Positions 29,588-39,223 of a stretch of 64,000 nucleotides of DNA are shown piece after piece. The stretch is from Acidobacteriota bacterium (GTDB lineage Bacteria; Acidobacteriota; Terriglobia; Terriglobales; SCQP01). The stretch spans positions 1,725-65,724 of the forward strand of contig DAHUYO010000007.1 in assembly GCA_027315185.1 (NCBI GenBank), in the 5' to 3' direction. Each line of letters begins with the position of its first letter. Within the stretch, counting starts at the first letter, position 1. The translations under genes were made by a program, and so were the position numbers. The notes below the pieces were generated by a model. The model saw only the letters and a list, made by a program, of their open reading frames with translations. It did no database searches and was not told the DNA's origin.

Positions 29588-29795
29588 GCTCGCTCCCGCG
29601 CGCGATCGCGGGGCTGCGCTGCAACCCCGCATCCGGTGCGGTCAATTCCGCTACAATCAACTGGCGGGAGCAATGGCGCGCGGTGTGTTGCAGCGTACAT
29701 CTCGTGGGCGTCAGTTCGCCGTTGCATCTTAACGTCGCGCTTCCGCGCGATCTGGTTTAGCGCCGTTTAATGCCGTAGAGGCCGGCGTTTGCCGG

Positions 29796-29812
29796 TCGGC
29801 GCCATTTTTGCT
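29796..29812 (+). promoter_or_regulatory. Possible sigma-54 promoter of the export operon
   Basis: TCGGCGCCATTTTTGCT, GG-N10-GC with TTGCT; -24 half imperfect. Confidence 0.35.
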
Positions 29813-29857
29813 GTAGCTTTTTCGTTGGCAATACGTTCTTACGCTAGAGGGAGCTTT

Positions 29858-31114
29858 GTGTTGCGCCGTTGGACATTTTGGGGGGCGAGCCTGCTGTTGA
29901 TTCTCGGGCTGGCATGGGCCGCCAGCCGGGGCGCCGTCTCGGTTCGGGCTCAGGCGCCCGCGCAGCCTTCTGGCGCCAGCAGCTACATCGCCACCGCAAA
30001 GATGGGGCGGCTGGTGCGCAAGTTGCGCGTGACGGGCACTACGGAAGCGTTGCACTCGCTGACCATCCGCGTACCCCACTTCCCGGGTCCCGGCGGCGCC
30101 CTGACTCTCACCTATCTCGTCAACAGCGGCGCCAAAGTGCAAAAAGGGCAGGTTCTGGCGCGCTTCGATAGCACCGCGGAGCTGTTGGCGGAACGCAACG
30201 CCTTGGCGCAATACGAAAACCTCCAGCGCCAAGCCGAGGACAAGGTCGCCCAGAACGCCAGCGCCACCGCCACCTTGGACTCCAATTTCCAGGCCGCCCA
30301 GGCGGCGCTAGGAACAGCGCGCTTGGAATTGCGCAAGGCGCCCGTGCTCAGCCACATCCAGGCGGAGATTGACCAGGTCAGCGTCAATGATGCCAAAGCC
30401 CAGATCGCCAGCCTCAAAGTCTCCAATCACGACCAGGAAGTAGCCAACGTCGCGGCGCTTAGGATTTTGCAATTGCAGGCCGACCAGCAAAAAGAAGAAT
30501 GGCAACGGAACCGCGATGCGGTCAGCAAGATGACCATGCAGGCGCCTTTATCCGGCATGGTTGCGCTGTTGCCCTCCTGGAACAACGGAACCTTCGCCCC
30601 GGCGCAAGTGGGCGACACGCTCTACGGCCGTCATCCGTTGCTAGAGATCTTCGATCCCACCCGGATGGAGGTCAAGGCCGAGGTCAGCGAAGCGGACGGC
30701 GCGGTGTTGACGCCGCGCATGGCGGCCAATGTGTACCTCGACGCGTATCCCCACGCCAAGTTCACCGCCCACCTGATGACCGTGGATCCGGTGGCGACCG
30801 CGGCCATGGGCAGTCCGGTGCGGAGCTTCGCCGCACGCTTCAAAATGGACAAGGCCGACCCGCGCATTCTGCCGGATCTCTCCGCCGCCGTGGACATCAT
30901 CGTGCAAACGGGAGAGCGCCGCTTGCTGGTCCCGCGGGGCGCGGTGCATTTTCGCCAGGGCGCGGCCTACGTCATTCAGGTGCTGCCGGATGGCAGCCAC
31001 CGCCAGCGGACGGTGCAGTTAGGCGAATTTGACGCCACCAACATCGTCATTATCCACGGGCTGAAAGCGGGCGATCGGGTGCTGGTGCTGCCACCAGGAG
31101 GTTCGGCGGCATGA
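29858..31114 (+). CDS. Periplasmic adaptor/membrane fusion protein 1 (MacA-like)
   Basis: N-terminal TM, lipoyl halves 'G.KVQKGQVLARFD' and 'APLSGMV', coiled hairpin, 'LLVPRGAV'; SD GAGGGAG before GTG. Confidence 0.88.
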   Translation: MLRRWTFWGASLLLILGLAWAASRGAVSVRAQAPAQPSGASSYIATAKMGRLVRKLRVTGTTEALHSLTIRVPHFPGPGGALTLTYLVNSGAKVQKGQVLARFDSTAELLAERNALAQYENLQRQAEDKVAQNASATATLDSNFQAAQAALGTARLELRKAPVLSHIQAEIDQVSVNDAKAQIASLKVSNHDQEVANVAALRILQLQADQQKEEWQRNRDAVSKMTMQAPLSGMVALLPSWNNGTFAPAQVGDTLYGRHPLLEIFDPTRMEVKAEVSEADGAVLTPRMAANVYLDAYPHAKFTAHLMTVDPVATAAMGSPVRSFAARFKMDKADPRILPDLSAAVDIIVQTGERRLLVPRGAVHFRQGAAYVIQVLPDGSHRQRTVQLGEFDATNIVIIHGLKAGDRVLVLPPGGSAA

Positions 31115-32376
31115 TCTCCCCGGCGCGCAAGCGCTCCCGTTGGCTGGCCATCGCCGCCGCCACGGCGGCGGTTATGGTTCTTGTTGCCGTGGCCTTGCCC
31201 CGTACCGCGCGGGCCGCCAGCCGCAAGATTCCCACCGCCGTCACCCGCGAGGGCCGGTTTCTGGTCACCGTGACAGCGCACGGCGCCTTGGTGGCGCGCA
31301 AGTCGGTCAATTTGGCGGCTCCCCGGGTCCCCGGATTGACCATTACCTGGCTGGCGCCGCCGGGTAGCCGCGTCAAACCCGGCGACCCTATCGTCCGTTT
31401 TGACGCCAGCAGCACCCGGGCCGATTTCAAGGCCAAGCTGGCGGCGCAGGAGCAAGCCGCCGCGACCGTGCGCCAAACGGAAGCCCAAGCCAAGATCACC
31501 GCCCAAACCGATCAGCTAACCGAGGCCGAAGACCGCGCCGCGGTGCAGACCGCCAAGCTGACCGTCATCAAGGATTCCATTCTGGGCCAGATCCAGGGCG
31601 AGGAGGCCAAGATCGCTCTCCAGACGGCGCGAGAACAGTTGAAGGTCCAGGAGGCGAAGACGCACCTGGATGCCACCTCCAACGCCGCCAAAATCGCCGG
31701 CGCCAAGCGTTTGTTGGCGCAGGCCGCCTTCCTTACGGATCTGGACCGAACCTATCTTTCCCACATGGTGTTGCGGACCCCTAGTGCGGGCATCGTCACC
31801 CTGATGATGAATCGCTCCGGGGGCTGGATGAATGAACAGCCATTTCAGGTCGGCGATTCGGTCTGGCCCGGCGCGGTCATCGCCCAAATCCCCGATCTGC
31901 ACAGCATCGCGATGGAAGGCCAGTTGAAGGAATTGGATCGGGGCCGCGTCGTGGTCGGCCAGCCGGTGCGCATTCATGTGGATGCACTGCCGGAACATGC
32001 CATCCCGGGCCGGCTGATCGCACTTTCGCAGCTTACCGAGGTGGACTTCAGCGGTGGCTGGCCGCCAAAACGAAACTTCCACGCCTGGGGCGAACCCGTC
32101 GCTTTCAATCCCGCTTTGCGCCCCGGCATGAATGGCTCGCTGGATATCGTCGTCAAGGAAATCCCCAACGCCGTCAGCATTCCCGCCCAGGCGCTATTTA
32201 CACTCAACACCAAGCCGGTCGTGTATGTGCAAAGCGGCGGTGGCTTTCAGCCGCATGTCGTCAAGGTGCTGGCCCGCAATCCCGGCTATATCGCCGTGAG
32301 CGGTATCCCTTCCGGCGTCAGCGTTGCTTTGGTCAACCCCAATCACCACGCCGCCCATTCCTCGGGCGGCCGCTAG
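31111..32376 (+). CDS. Periplasmic adaptor/membrane fusion protein 2
   Basis: 'GSRVKPGDPIVRFD', 'RTPSAGIV', 'LRPGMNG', 'SIPAQAL'; ATGA overlap. Confidence 0.88.
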   Translation: MISPARKRSRWLAIAAATAAVMVLVAVALPRTARAASRKIPTAVTREGRFLVTVTAHGALVARKSVNLAAPRVPGLTITWLAPPGSRVKPGDPIVRFDASSTRADFKAKLAAQEQAAATVRQTEAQAKITAQTDQLTEAEDRAAVQTAKLTVIKDSILGQIQGEEAKIALQTAREQLKVQEAKTHLDATSNAAKIAGAKRLLAQAAFLTDLDRTYLSHMVLRTPSAGIVTLMMNRSGGWMNEQPFQVGDSVWPGAVIAQIPDLHSIAMEGQLKELDRGRVVVGQPVRIHVDALPEHAIPGRLIALSQLTEVDFSGGWPPKRNFHAWGEPVAFNPALRPGMNGSLDIVVKEIPNAVSIPAQALFTLNTKPVVYVQSGGGFQPHVVKVLARNPGYIAVSGIPSGVSVALVNPNHHAAHSSGGR

Positions 32377-32389
32377 CTAACTGATACTG

Positions 32390-34054
32390 ATGGCCGTCCT
32401 CGCCCCCCAAACCGCCTTACCCCCGCCGGTGCACCGCCGCCGCCATTGGCTGCCGCTGGTGGTCAAGGGCGTCGTCGTGTTGGCCGTGCTCGCGGGATTG
32501 GCTTGGCTGGCGGAATGGGGCTACAACCAGATCACCAATCCCGCCGCCTCCATCATTCCCACCGCGCGGGTGCGGCGCGGCACCGTGACCATGAGGGTGT
32601 ACGCCCACGGGCCGCTCCAGGGCAGCCGCACCGAGGAATTGACCGCGCCCCATGTCGCCGGCGGCCAGTTGAGCATCACTACACTCCTGCCCCCGGGCAC
32701 TTTGGTCAAGCCCGGCGAAGTCGTCGTCGCTTTCGACACCTCCCAGCAGCAATACAACCTGGAGGTGGCCGAAAATAGCCTCGCCATCGCCCAGCAGAAC
32801 GTCATTGAGGCCAAGGCCAACGCCGCCGCCACCGAACAGGAAGACCATTACGCCATCGTCGCCGCCAAGGACAATGTCCGCAAGGCGGCATTGACCGTGC
32901 AGCAGGATCCGATCCTGGCCAAAATTGACGCCGAAACCAATGTGCTAGCGCTCGGTACCGCGAAGGCCACTCTCGCCCAGCTCGAGCACAACTTCGGCAG
33001 CCAGCAATCCACCGATCAGGCCACCATCGCGATCCAGCAAGCCGCCGTCCGCGCCGCCAGCGTGCAGGCACAGATCGCCCGCCGCAACATCGCGGCCATG
33101 ACCCTGCGCGCGAAACAAGGCGGCTACATGCAGATCATGCCCAACACCATGGAGCGGATGTTTTTCCAGGGCATGCCGCTTCCCGATTGGCAAGTGGGCG
33201 ACACTCCTCATCCCGGCATGATGATCGCCGAGATCCCTGATACCCAGCATTGGCAGGTCATGGCCACCATCAATGACCTGGATGTCGGCCATCTCCGTCC
33301 CGGCCAGCCCGCTCGTATCCAGTTCGTCGGCCTGCCCGGCCGAGTCTTTCGCGGGCGCATGATGTACCTCGGCGGCATGAGTGGTCCCCCATGGGATCGC
33401 CATGTGGATGCGGCCATTCAACTGCTCGGGAATTCGCCGCAACTGCACGCCGGCATGACCGCCAAGGTGATTGTCACCACCGCCGTGCTGCACAACGTCC
33501 TCTGGGTGCCGGCACAAGCCGTGTTTCATGTGCAAGGCGGCGGCTTTGCCACCGCCCCCGGTCGGGGCGGTAAGCCCGGTGCGCATGGCAAGTTCCATTT
33601 CCCCGGCGCTGCCGGCGGCGGATTTCATCCCGGCGGCGGTGCCCAGGCCTTCTCCACTCCGCGCGGGGGATTCAAGCCGGGCGCGGCGGGGGCCAAGTCC
33701 TTTTTCGCCAAGCGCGGCGGATTCAAGCCTGGCGCCGCCGGAGCGGGCGGCAAGAACGCCCGGTTCCATGGCCCCATGCATGTTGGCGCTGGCCGCCCTG
33801 GTTTGCCGTTCGCGCCGGCGCAACAGCATGCGCCGGGCAGCGATTACGTCTATCTCAAAACCAGCAACGGCTTCGTCCGCCATAACGTGACGATCTTGCG
33901 GGAAAGCGAGAGCAAGGTGGTGCTCTCCGGCGTGCATGTCGGTGATGTCATCGCGTTGGCCAACCCGGAGCAGAACGGCGGTTCCGGCACGGCCAAAAAG
34001 AAACCGGCCAGCGCCATGCAAGCCATTAGCGGCGCGCGCGGAGGCCGCCCGTGA
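32390..34054 (+). CDS. Periplasmic adaptor/membrane fusion protein 3 with Gly/Phe/Lys-rich insertion
   Basis: 'GTLVKPGEVVVAFD', 'LHAGMTA', 'WVPAQAVF'; about 100-aa low-complexity insert. Confidence 0.88.
   Translation: MAVLAPQTALPPPVHRRRHWLPLVVKGVVVLAVLAGLAWLAEWGYNQITNPAASIIPTARVRRGTVTMRVYAHGPLQGSRTEELTAPHVAGGQLSITTLLPPGTLVKPGEVVVAFDTSQQQYNLEVAENSLAIAQQNVIEAKANAAATEQEDHYAIVAAKDNVRKAALTVQQDPILAKIDAETNVLALGTAKATLAQLEHNFGSQQSTDQATIAIQQAAVRAASVQAQIARRNIAAMTLRAKQGGYMQIMPNTMERMFFQGMPLPDWQVGDTPHPGMMIAEIPDTQHWQVMATINDLDVGHLRPGQPARIQFVGLPGRVFRGRMMYLGGMSGPPWDRHVDAAIQLLGNSPQLHAGMTAKVIVTTAVLHNVLWVPAQAVFHVQGGGFATAPGRGGKPGAHGKFHFPGAAGGGFHPGGGAQAFSTPRGGFKPGAAGAKSFFAKRGGFKPGAAGAGGKNARFHGPMHVGAGRPGLPFAPAQQHAPGSDYVYLKTSNGFVRHNVTILRESESKVVLSGVHVGDVIALANPEQNGGSGTAKKKPASAMQAISGARGGRP
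33662..33745 (+). repeat. Coding repeat RGGFKPGAAGA x2 (51-nt period)
   Basis: Copies at 33662-33694 and 33713-33745 encode identical peptides. Confidence 0.9.
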
Positions 34055-34211
34055 GCGCGGCGATCAGCCTTTCCGGCAGCGCTGGTCGGCGCCGCTCGGC
34101 GGCCGCAAGCACCGAACACCGCGCGTTGCTCCTAGCCGCTTCCCGTCGCTGTTCCGCTTCCAGCCGGGCTGCGAGGCCGATGGCCGCCCGCCGCCAGAGA
34201 GGTTTCCGCCG

Positions 34212-35519
34212 TTGAGTTCCCTGACCGCGCTGCCGCCGCCTGCCCGTCCGCGCCGCCGTGAGCCCATCTGGCGCCGCTATCTTGCCGATTGGGTGCTGGC
34301 CGCCGCCAATCTGCGCTCGCAGAAGACCCGGACGCTGCTCACCGCTCTGGGCATGATCTTCGGCGTTGGCGCGGTCATCGGCATGCTCGCCATCGGCGCG
34401 GGCGCCAAACAGCAGTCCCTGGCGTTCATTGAGCGCCTCGGGGTGCGCAACCTCCTGATCCAATCCATCCCCGCCACCAGCCAGCAGGCGATGCAGCAGC
34501 GCCGGCAGATATCCCCCGGCCTGACCATGCGCGACGTGCGCATCATTGAGGCGAACGTCGCCGGCATCCAAGCCCTTTCGCCCCGCCGCGACCTGACCCC
34601 CTCTGCAACCTTGCCGCAAGCCACGGGGCAGGTTCCCACGCTGTACGGTGTTCTGCCCTCCTATCAGAAGATTCACGATCTGGTGCCGCGCGAGGGACGC
34701 TTCTTCGATGCCCTGGATAACGCCGCCAGCGCGCCCGTCTGCGTGCTCGGCGAGTCCGCCAAGGTCAGCCTGCTTGGCTACGGCCGGGCAGTCGGGAAAT
34801 ACATCAAGATTGACAGCACCTGGCTGCGCGTCATCGGCGTGCTCGGCCAGGAATTGTCCGCCTCCGCCGCCGGCGGCGCGGGCTCCTCGGCTCCCGGCGT
34901 GAACAATGTCGTCTACATTCCCCTGAATACCTTCGACTATCGCTTTTACGACCAAAGCATGCAGCTGAAGGATCAGTTGGATGGCGTGGATATCCGCTTG
35001 CAGCCCGGCGTCAGCAGCGTCGAGACCGCCAAGGTCGTCAACGCCATCCTTACCTCGACCCACCATGGCGAGCACGACTATCATGTGCTGGTACCCGCCG
35101 ACCTGCTGGCGCAGGAGCAGCAAACCCAGCGCATCTTCACTTTCGTCATGGTGGCCATCGCCGGCATTTCCTTGCTGGTCGGCGGCATCGGCATCATGAA
35201 CATCGTCTTGGCCACGGTGCTGGAACGGACGCGCGAGATCGGCGTCCGCCGCGCCATTGGCGCCCGCCGCGGCGACATCATGCGGCAGTTCCTCACCGAG
35301 TCGGTGCTGATTTCGCTCTCCGGCGGTGTTTTGGGAATTGTTTTCGGTTATCTGTTGTCCTGGACCATTGCCAAGGCGGCGGCCTGGACCACCATCGTCA
35401 CTACCGGCTCCATCGTGGTGGCCTTCGGCGTTTCCGTGGCGGTCGGCGTGATTTTTGGCATTTATCCCGCTCGCAAGGCTTCACGGATTGACCCCATCGA
35501 AGCCCTGCGCTACGAATAG
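34212..35519 (+). CDS. MacB/FtsX-family ABC permease (no fused ATPase)
   Basis: 'RTLLTALGMIFGV', 'SLLVGGIGIMNI...ERTREIGVRRAIGA', 'YPARKASRIDPIEALRYE'; start placed at TTG 34212 after AGAGAGG. Confidence 0.9.
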   Translation: MSSLTALPPPARPRRREPIWRRYLADWVLAAANLRSQKTRTLLTALGMIFGVGAVIGMLAIGAGAKQQSLAFIERLGVRNLLIQSIPATSQQAMQQRRQISPGLTMRDVRIIEANVAGIQALSPRRDLTPSATLPQATGQVPTLYGVLPSYQKIHDLVPREGRFFDALDNAASAPVCVLGESAKVSLLGYGRAVGKYIKIDSTWLRVIGVLGQELSASAAGGAGSSAPGVNNVVYIPLNTFDYRFYDQSMQLKDQLDGVDIRLQPGVSSVETAKVVNAILTSTHHGEHDYHVLVPADLLAQEQQTQRIFTFVMVAIAGISLLVGGIGIMNIVLATVLERTREIGVRRAIGARRGDIMRQFLTESVLISLSGGVLGIVFGYLLSWTIAKAAAWTTIVTTGSIVVAFGVSVAVGVIFGIYPARKASRIDPIEALRYE

Positions 35520-35563
35520 CTGTTCGGCCGGTCGCCCGCGGCGGCCCAGAGTCTTTCCTCGAT

Positions 35564-37189
35564 ATGCGACACCGAGTCTTCGGCAGCCTGCTGATCCTTT
35601 CGTCGGCCCTCTTTTGTCTGGCCCCAGCGGCCCAGTGCCAGTGGGTTCACCATTTCCATGCGCCCGCTCCGCGCATTCAGCCGGTCCAGAGTCTGAAGTC
35701 CTACATCTCCGGTGGCAAGCTCCAGCTTCGTCTCAAGGCGTTTCTCCGCCTGGCCCTGTTGAATGACACTAGTATCCACATTGACAAGCTGAGCATGTAT
35801 TCCGCCGAGGCTGGCATCCTTAGCGCACGTTCGCCATTCGATCCCACCTTCACCATGGGGTTCGGCGCCACCCGCGATGTCACGCCCCAATCCTCCCAAA
35901 TCAGTGGCGCCCAAACCCTGAGCAATCTCTCGCAGAACGGCAATATCGGCTATAGCCAAGCTCTGTCGACTGGCCAGGATTTCACCGTCGGCTTTAGTTC
36001 CAATCGCCAGTCCACCAACAACGCTTTCAGCTTCTTGAATCCGAGCATCGCCACGGGCCTCAACTTCAGCCTTACGATGCCGCTGCTGGAAAACCGCGGC
36101 AACATTCAATACCGCACGCCTCTGGAACAAGCCCAGATCGGTTACATGGTCACCACTGACCAGACCGACGCCACCGTCGCCAACGAACTGGTTACCGATG
36201 CCGATCAATACTGGGCCACCGTGCTCGCTCGCGATGAAATCACGGTGCAGGAGCAGGCCCTGGCGTTGGCCGAGAAATCCTACCAGCACGATGCCCTGGC
36301 GCTAAAATTGGGAGCCCTGGCGCCCGGCTCGATCTACCAAGACGAATCCCAAGTCGCCGCCGACAAAGTAAGCCTGGTGCAGGCCCAATCCCGCTACCAG
36401 CAGCAGCTGGTCCTGTTGCGCCGCATCATCGGCGCCGACCTAAACCCGGTGACGCGCAGCATGCCGGTGGTATTGGAGGAGAACCCCGCCGAGCTGCCCG
36501 TGACGCCGCCGCCGATGCCGGTCAGCCAGGCCGTCGCCCTCGCCCTGCGCCGCCGCCCGGAATTGATTGCCCTGCGCCGCCAGGCGGTCTCCGACCAAAT
36601 GGGCGTGCAGATGGCTCATAACGCCCTCCTGCCCCAGCTCAACCTCACCGGTTCGTACGGCGCTTCCGGACTGGGCGGCGATCAGATCCCGGTCACCAGC
36701 AGCCTGGGCACCTCAGGCCAGTTCGTTCCCGGCGGCCTGATGAACTCGTTCCGCCAGTTATTCGGTTTCAGCTATCCCACCTACGGCTTCAACCTCCAGT
36801 TCACGCTGCCCATCGGCAACAGCGCCAATGAGGCCCGCCTGACCAACAACCTGGTTTCCGTCGCCCATGACCGCTACAGCATTCGCCAGGAGCGGCAGCA
36901 GGTTATCCAAGACGTGCGCCTGGCGGATACCCAATTGAGCATGGCCGTCAAGCAGGTCAACTCCGCCAAGATTGCCCTTTCGCTCTCAAAAAAGAACGTC
37001 GCCGCCCAACAGCAAGCCTACCTGCTCGGCACCACGACGATCTTCGAGTTGTTGCAAGCCCAACTGCAGATGGCGCAAGCCCAAGACAGCCTGCTCAGTT
37101 CCTACATTTCCTATCAGGAATACAAGATCGCCTACCAGCGCGCCAACTGGACCCTCCTCAGCCACCTCCACCTGGCCATCTCTCATTAG
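35564..37189 (+). CDS. TolC-family outer membrane channel
   Basis: Signal peptide, two OMF repeats, 'AL.RRPEL', 'LLPQLNL', 'YLLGTTTIFELLQAQ'. Confidence 0.88.
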   Translation: MRHRVFGSLLILSSALFCLAPAAQCQWVHHFHAPAPRIQPVQSLKSYISGGKLQLRLKAFLRLALLNDTSIHIDKLSMYSAEAGILSARSPFDPTFTMGFGATRDVTPQSSQISGAQTLSNLSQNGNIGYSQALSTGQDFTVGFSSNRQSTNNAFSFLNPSIATGLNFSLTMPLLENRGNIQYRTPLEQAQIGYMVTTDQTDATVANELVTDADQYWATVLARDEITVQEQALALAEKSYQHDALALKLGALAPGSIYQDESQVAADKVSLVQAQSRYQQQLVLLRRIIGADLNPVTRSMPVVLEENPAELPVTPPPMPVSQAVALALRRRPELIALRRQAVSDQMGVQMAHNALLPQLNLTGSYGASGLGGDQIPVTSSLGTSGQFVPGGLMNSFRQLFGFSYPTYGFNLQFTLPIGNSANEARLTNNLVSVAHDRYSIRQERQQVIQDVRLADTQLSMAVKQVNSAKIALSLSKKNVAAQQQAYLLGTTTIFELLQAQLQMAQAQDSLLSSYISYQEYKIAYQRANWTLLSHLHLAISH

Positions 37190-37208
37190 GCGGCGGCCGG
37201 CCGGCATC

Positions 37209-38072
37209 TCAACTCCCGCGCCGCGCCTCCAGGCCGCTGAGCGCCCACAGCAAACCAAACCCGACCACCAGCGCCAGCGCCGCCACCGGCAGCGCCGCGC
37301 CCAAGCCGTAGGTGGCGAAGCGGTCATACAGCAAAATGGAGATCACGCGCGGGTTGTAGGCCAGGATGATCAGCGCTCCGAATTCGCTGACCGCGCGGGC
37401 GAACATCATCACCGCCCCGCTGACGATGGGTCCCCGCGCGAGCGGCAAGCTGACGCGCCAAAACACCGCTCCCGGCCGCCGTCCCAGCGTCCGCGCCAGC
37501 TGTTCGTGCCGCGGATCCACCGCCAGGAACCCGTCGCGGCAAGCATGGATCAGATAGGGGCAGGCCACGAACACCATCGCCGCGGTAATGCCCGCCGCCG
37601 TGCCCACCAAGTGCAGCCGCACAACTGCCAGCGCCCGTCCCGCCAAGGTCTCCCGCGCGAAGACGAGCAATAGCGCGATGCCGACCACCGGATGGGGGAT
37701 CACTAGCGGCAGGTCCAGGAACGCCCGCAGCGCCCGCTGTCCCCAAAACCGCCGCCGCGCCAACAGGTATCCCAGGGGCGTGGCCAGCAGCAGCCCCATC
37801 CCCGTCGCCGCCGCGGCGGTCAGCAGCGTGATCAGCAACGACCGTTGCACCGCCGGCGCCAGCAAAGCCCCTGCCAATCCTGGCGCTCCGGCCCACAGCA
37901 GGCGCAGCACCGGAAAGGCCAAATACAGCACCAGAATCGCCGCCGGCAGAACCATCCAGCGCAGCGGCAATCCCGCCGTGGACGCGGTCCGCCGCGCCGG
38001 CCAGGCGGGGGCCGCGCTTGCCGGCGCTGGTCCCGGCGCGCTTACCGGCATCGGGGCCATTGCCGCAGCCAT
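37209..38072 (-). CDS. Molybdate/tungstate ABC permease (ModB/WtpB)
   Basis: 'DLPLVIPHPVVGIALL', 'EQLARTLG', 'ARAVSEFGA', 'AYNP'. Confidence 0.9.
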   Translation of the reverse strand: MAAAMAPMPVSAPGPAPASAAPAWPARRTASTAGLPLRWMVLPAAILVLYLAFPVLRLLWAGAPGLAGALLAPAVQRSLLITLLTAAAATGMGLLLATPLGYLLARRRFWGQRALRAFLDLPLVIPHPVVGIALLLVFARETLAGRALAVVRLHLVGTAAGITAAMVFVACPYLIHACRDGFLAVDPRHEQLARTLGRRPGAVFWRVSLPLARGPIVSGAVMMFARAVSEFGALIILAYNPRVISILLYDRFATYGLGAALPVAALALVVGFGLLWALSGLEARRGS

Positions 38073-39223
38073 CGCCGCACGCCCCGCGGCGCGCGTGCCA
38101 AAGCCCCGCCCCGGCAGGGCGGGTGCAATGCGGTTTGGTCGCTTGCCGCCAGTACCGCAAGTCCCGCGGGCGAAGCCAGCTGTCGTAGGAAGGCCAGCGC
38201 CCCGGGGATGTCCCGCGCGGTCGCGGGAATCGTGATGGCATAGCGGATCGGCCGTCCCCGCTGCCGCACCGTCTCCCCCGGCGCCTTCCCCGCCACCCGC
38301 ACGCTCGCCCGCGCGTATGCCGCCGCATCTTGCGCCGAGCCCAAATTGACCGCCGCCGGCAGTCGCACGTATTCCAATCCGTGCTGCCGCGCCACCGACC
38401 GGTATTCCCAGGCGTAATCAATCTCCCCAGCTTCCAGCAGCGCCAGCAATGCCACCGACTGCGGCCGCTCCACCCCGCCGGGCGCCGTCCGCAGCCGCCG
38501 GTATAACCCGGGCTGGTGGTCGAGCCGCGCCGTCAGCTTCCACGCCAGCAAAGCGTTATAGCCCTCCGGATCGAGATTGGGATCGGCGTAGCCGAATCGT
38601 ACCCCCGGCCGGAGCAAGATCTGGGGCCAGTTTTCCGCGTTGAGCTGCCCGGCATACCGCGACCGCGGCGTATACGCCAGCACCAGTTGGTTGCCGGCGA
38701 ACTCCAGCCACCAGCCGATTCGCCGCTCATGCGCCGCGAACAATCCCGCGTCCGCCACCGCCAGCAGATCGAACCGGGCGTGCAGGCTGAGCAGCTTGCG
38801 CAGCAGAAATCGGCTGCCCGCGCTTTGCTGCCGGAATCGCCATCCCGGCAGCTTCCCCGCCAGCCGGTCGAACGGCACGGTCAGCGTCGCCGCCCGTCCC
38901 ACCACGACCGTCCTCCCTCTCGCCCCGCGCGGCGCCGCCGTCCCGAGCAACCCCGGCGCCGCCATATTGGGCGGGACCCGGGAAGCGGCGCGAGCCGGCC
39001 GTGGGCCCAGGAGCGCCAAACCACAGGCCGCAACGGCAGCGGCAGCCACGCGGGCATGTCCCGCCCAACCGCGGCCGCCAAAAACAAGGCCGCGCGATGG
39101 GGAACTCGAACGGGTGCTTCGGGGTGGTGGCGGCACAAGCGCCGCCGTTCCAAAACGCCCTGACGAAGAGCCGAGGTCCCGGTGCCGCCATTCCCCGCGA
39201 CGCCTTTCGCACCGCCCATTCAT
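38042..39223 (-). CDS. WtpA/ModA-type tungstate/molybdate substrate-binding protein (start uncertain)
   Basis: 'TLTVPF', 'SAGS', 'LAVAD', 'FAGNQLVLAYT', 'GYADPNLDPEGY', 'DYAWEYRSVARQHGL..LP..VNL', 'G.PI.YAITIP'. Confidence 0.85.
   Translation of the reverse strand: MNGRCERRRGEWRHRDLGSSSGRFGTAALVPPPPRSTRSSSPSRGLVFGGRGWAGHARVAAAAVAACGLALLGPRPARAASRVPPNMAAPGLLGTAAPRGARGRTVVVGRAATLTVPFDRLAGKLPGWRFRQQSAGSRFLLRKLLSLHARFDLLAVADAGLFAAHERRIGWWLEFAGNQLVLAYTPRSRYAGQLNAENWPQILLRPGVRFGYADPNLDPEGYNALLAWKLTARLDHQPGLYRRLRTAPGGVERPQSVALLALLEAGEIDYAWEYRSVARQHGLEYVRLPAAVNLGSAQDAAAYARASVRVAGKAPGETVRQRGRPIRYAITIPATARDIPGALAFLRQLASPAGLAVLAASDQTALHPPCRGGALARAPRGVRRWLRQWPRCR

Noticed and set aside
33936-34211. N-terminal extension of the MacB ORF and a short GTG-started ORF at 34051
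   Set aside because: Arg/Pro-rich non-homologous sequence; a better start exists at TTG 34212; no ATPase remnant recognisable
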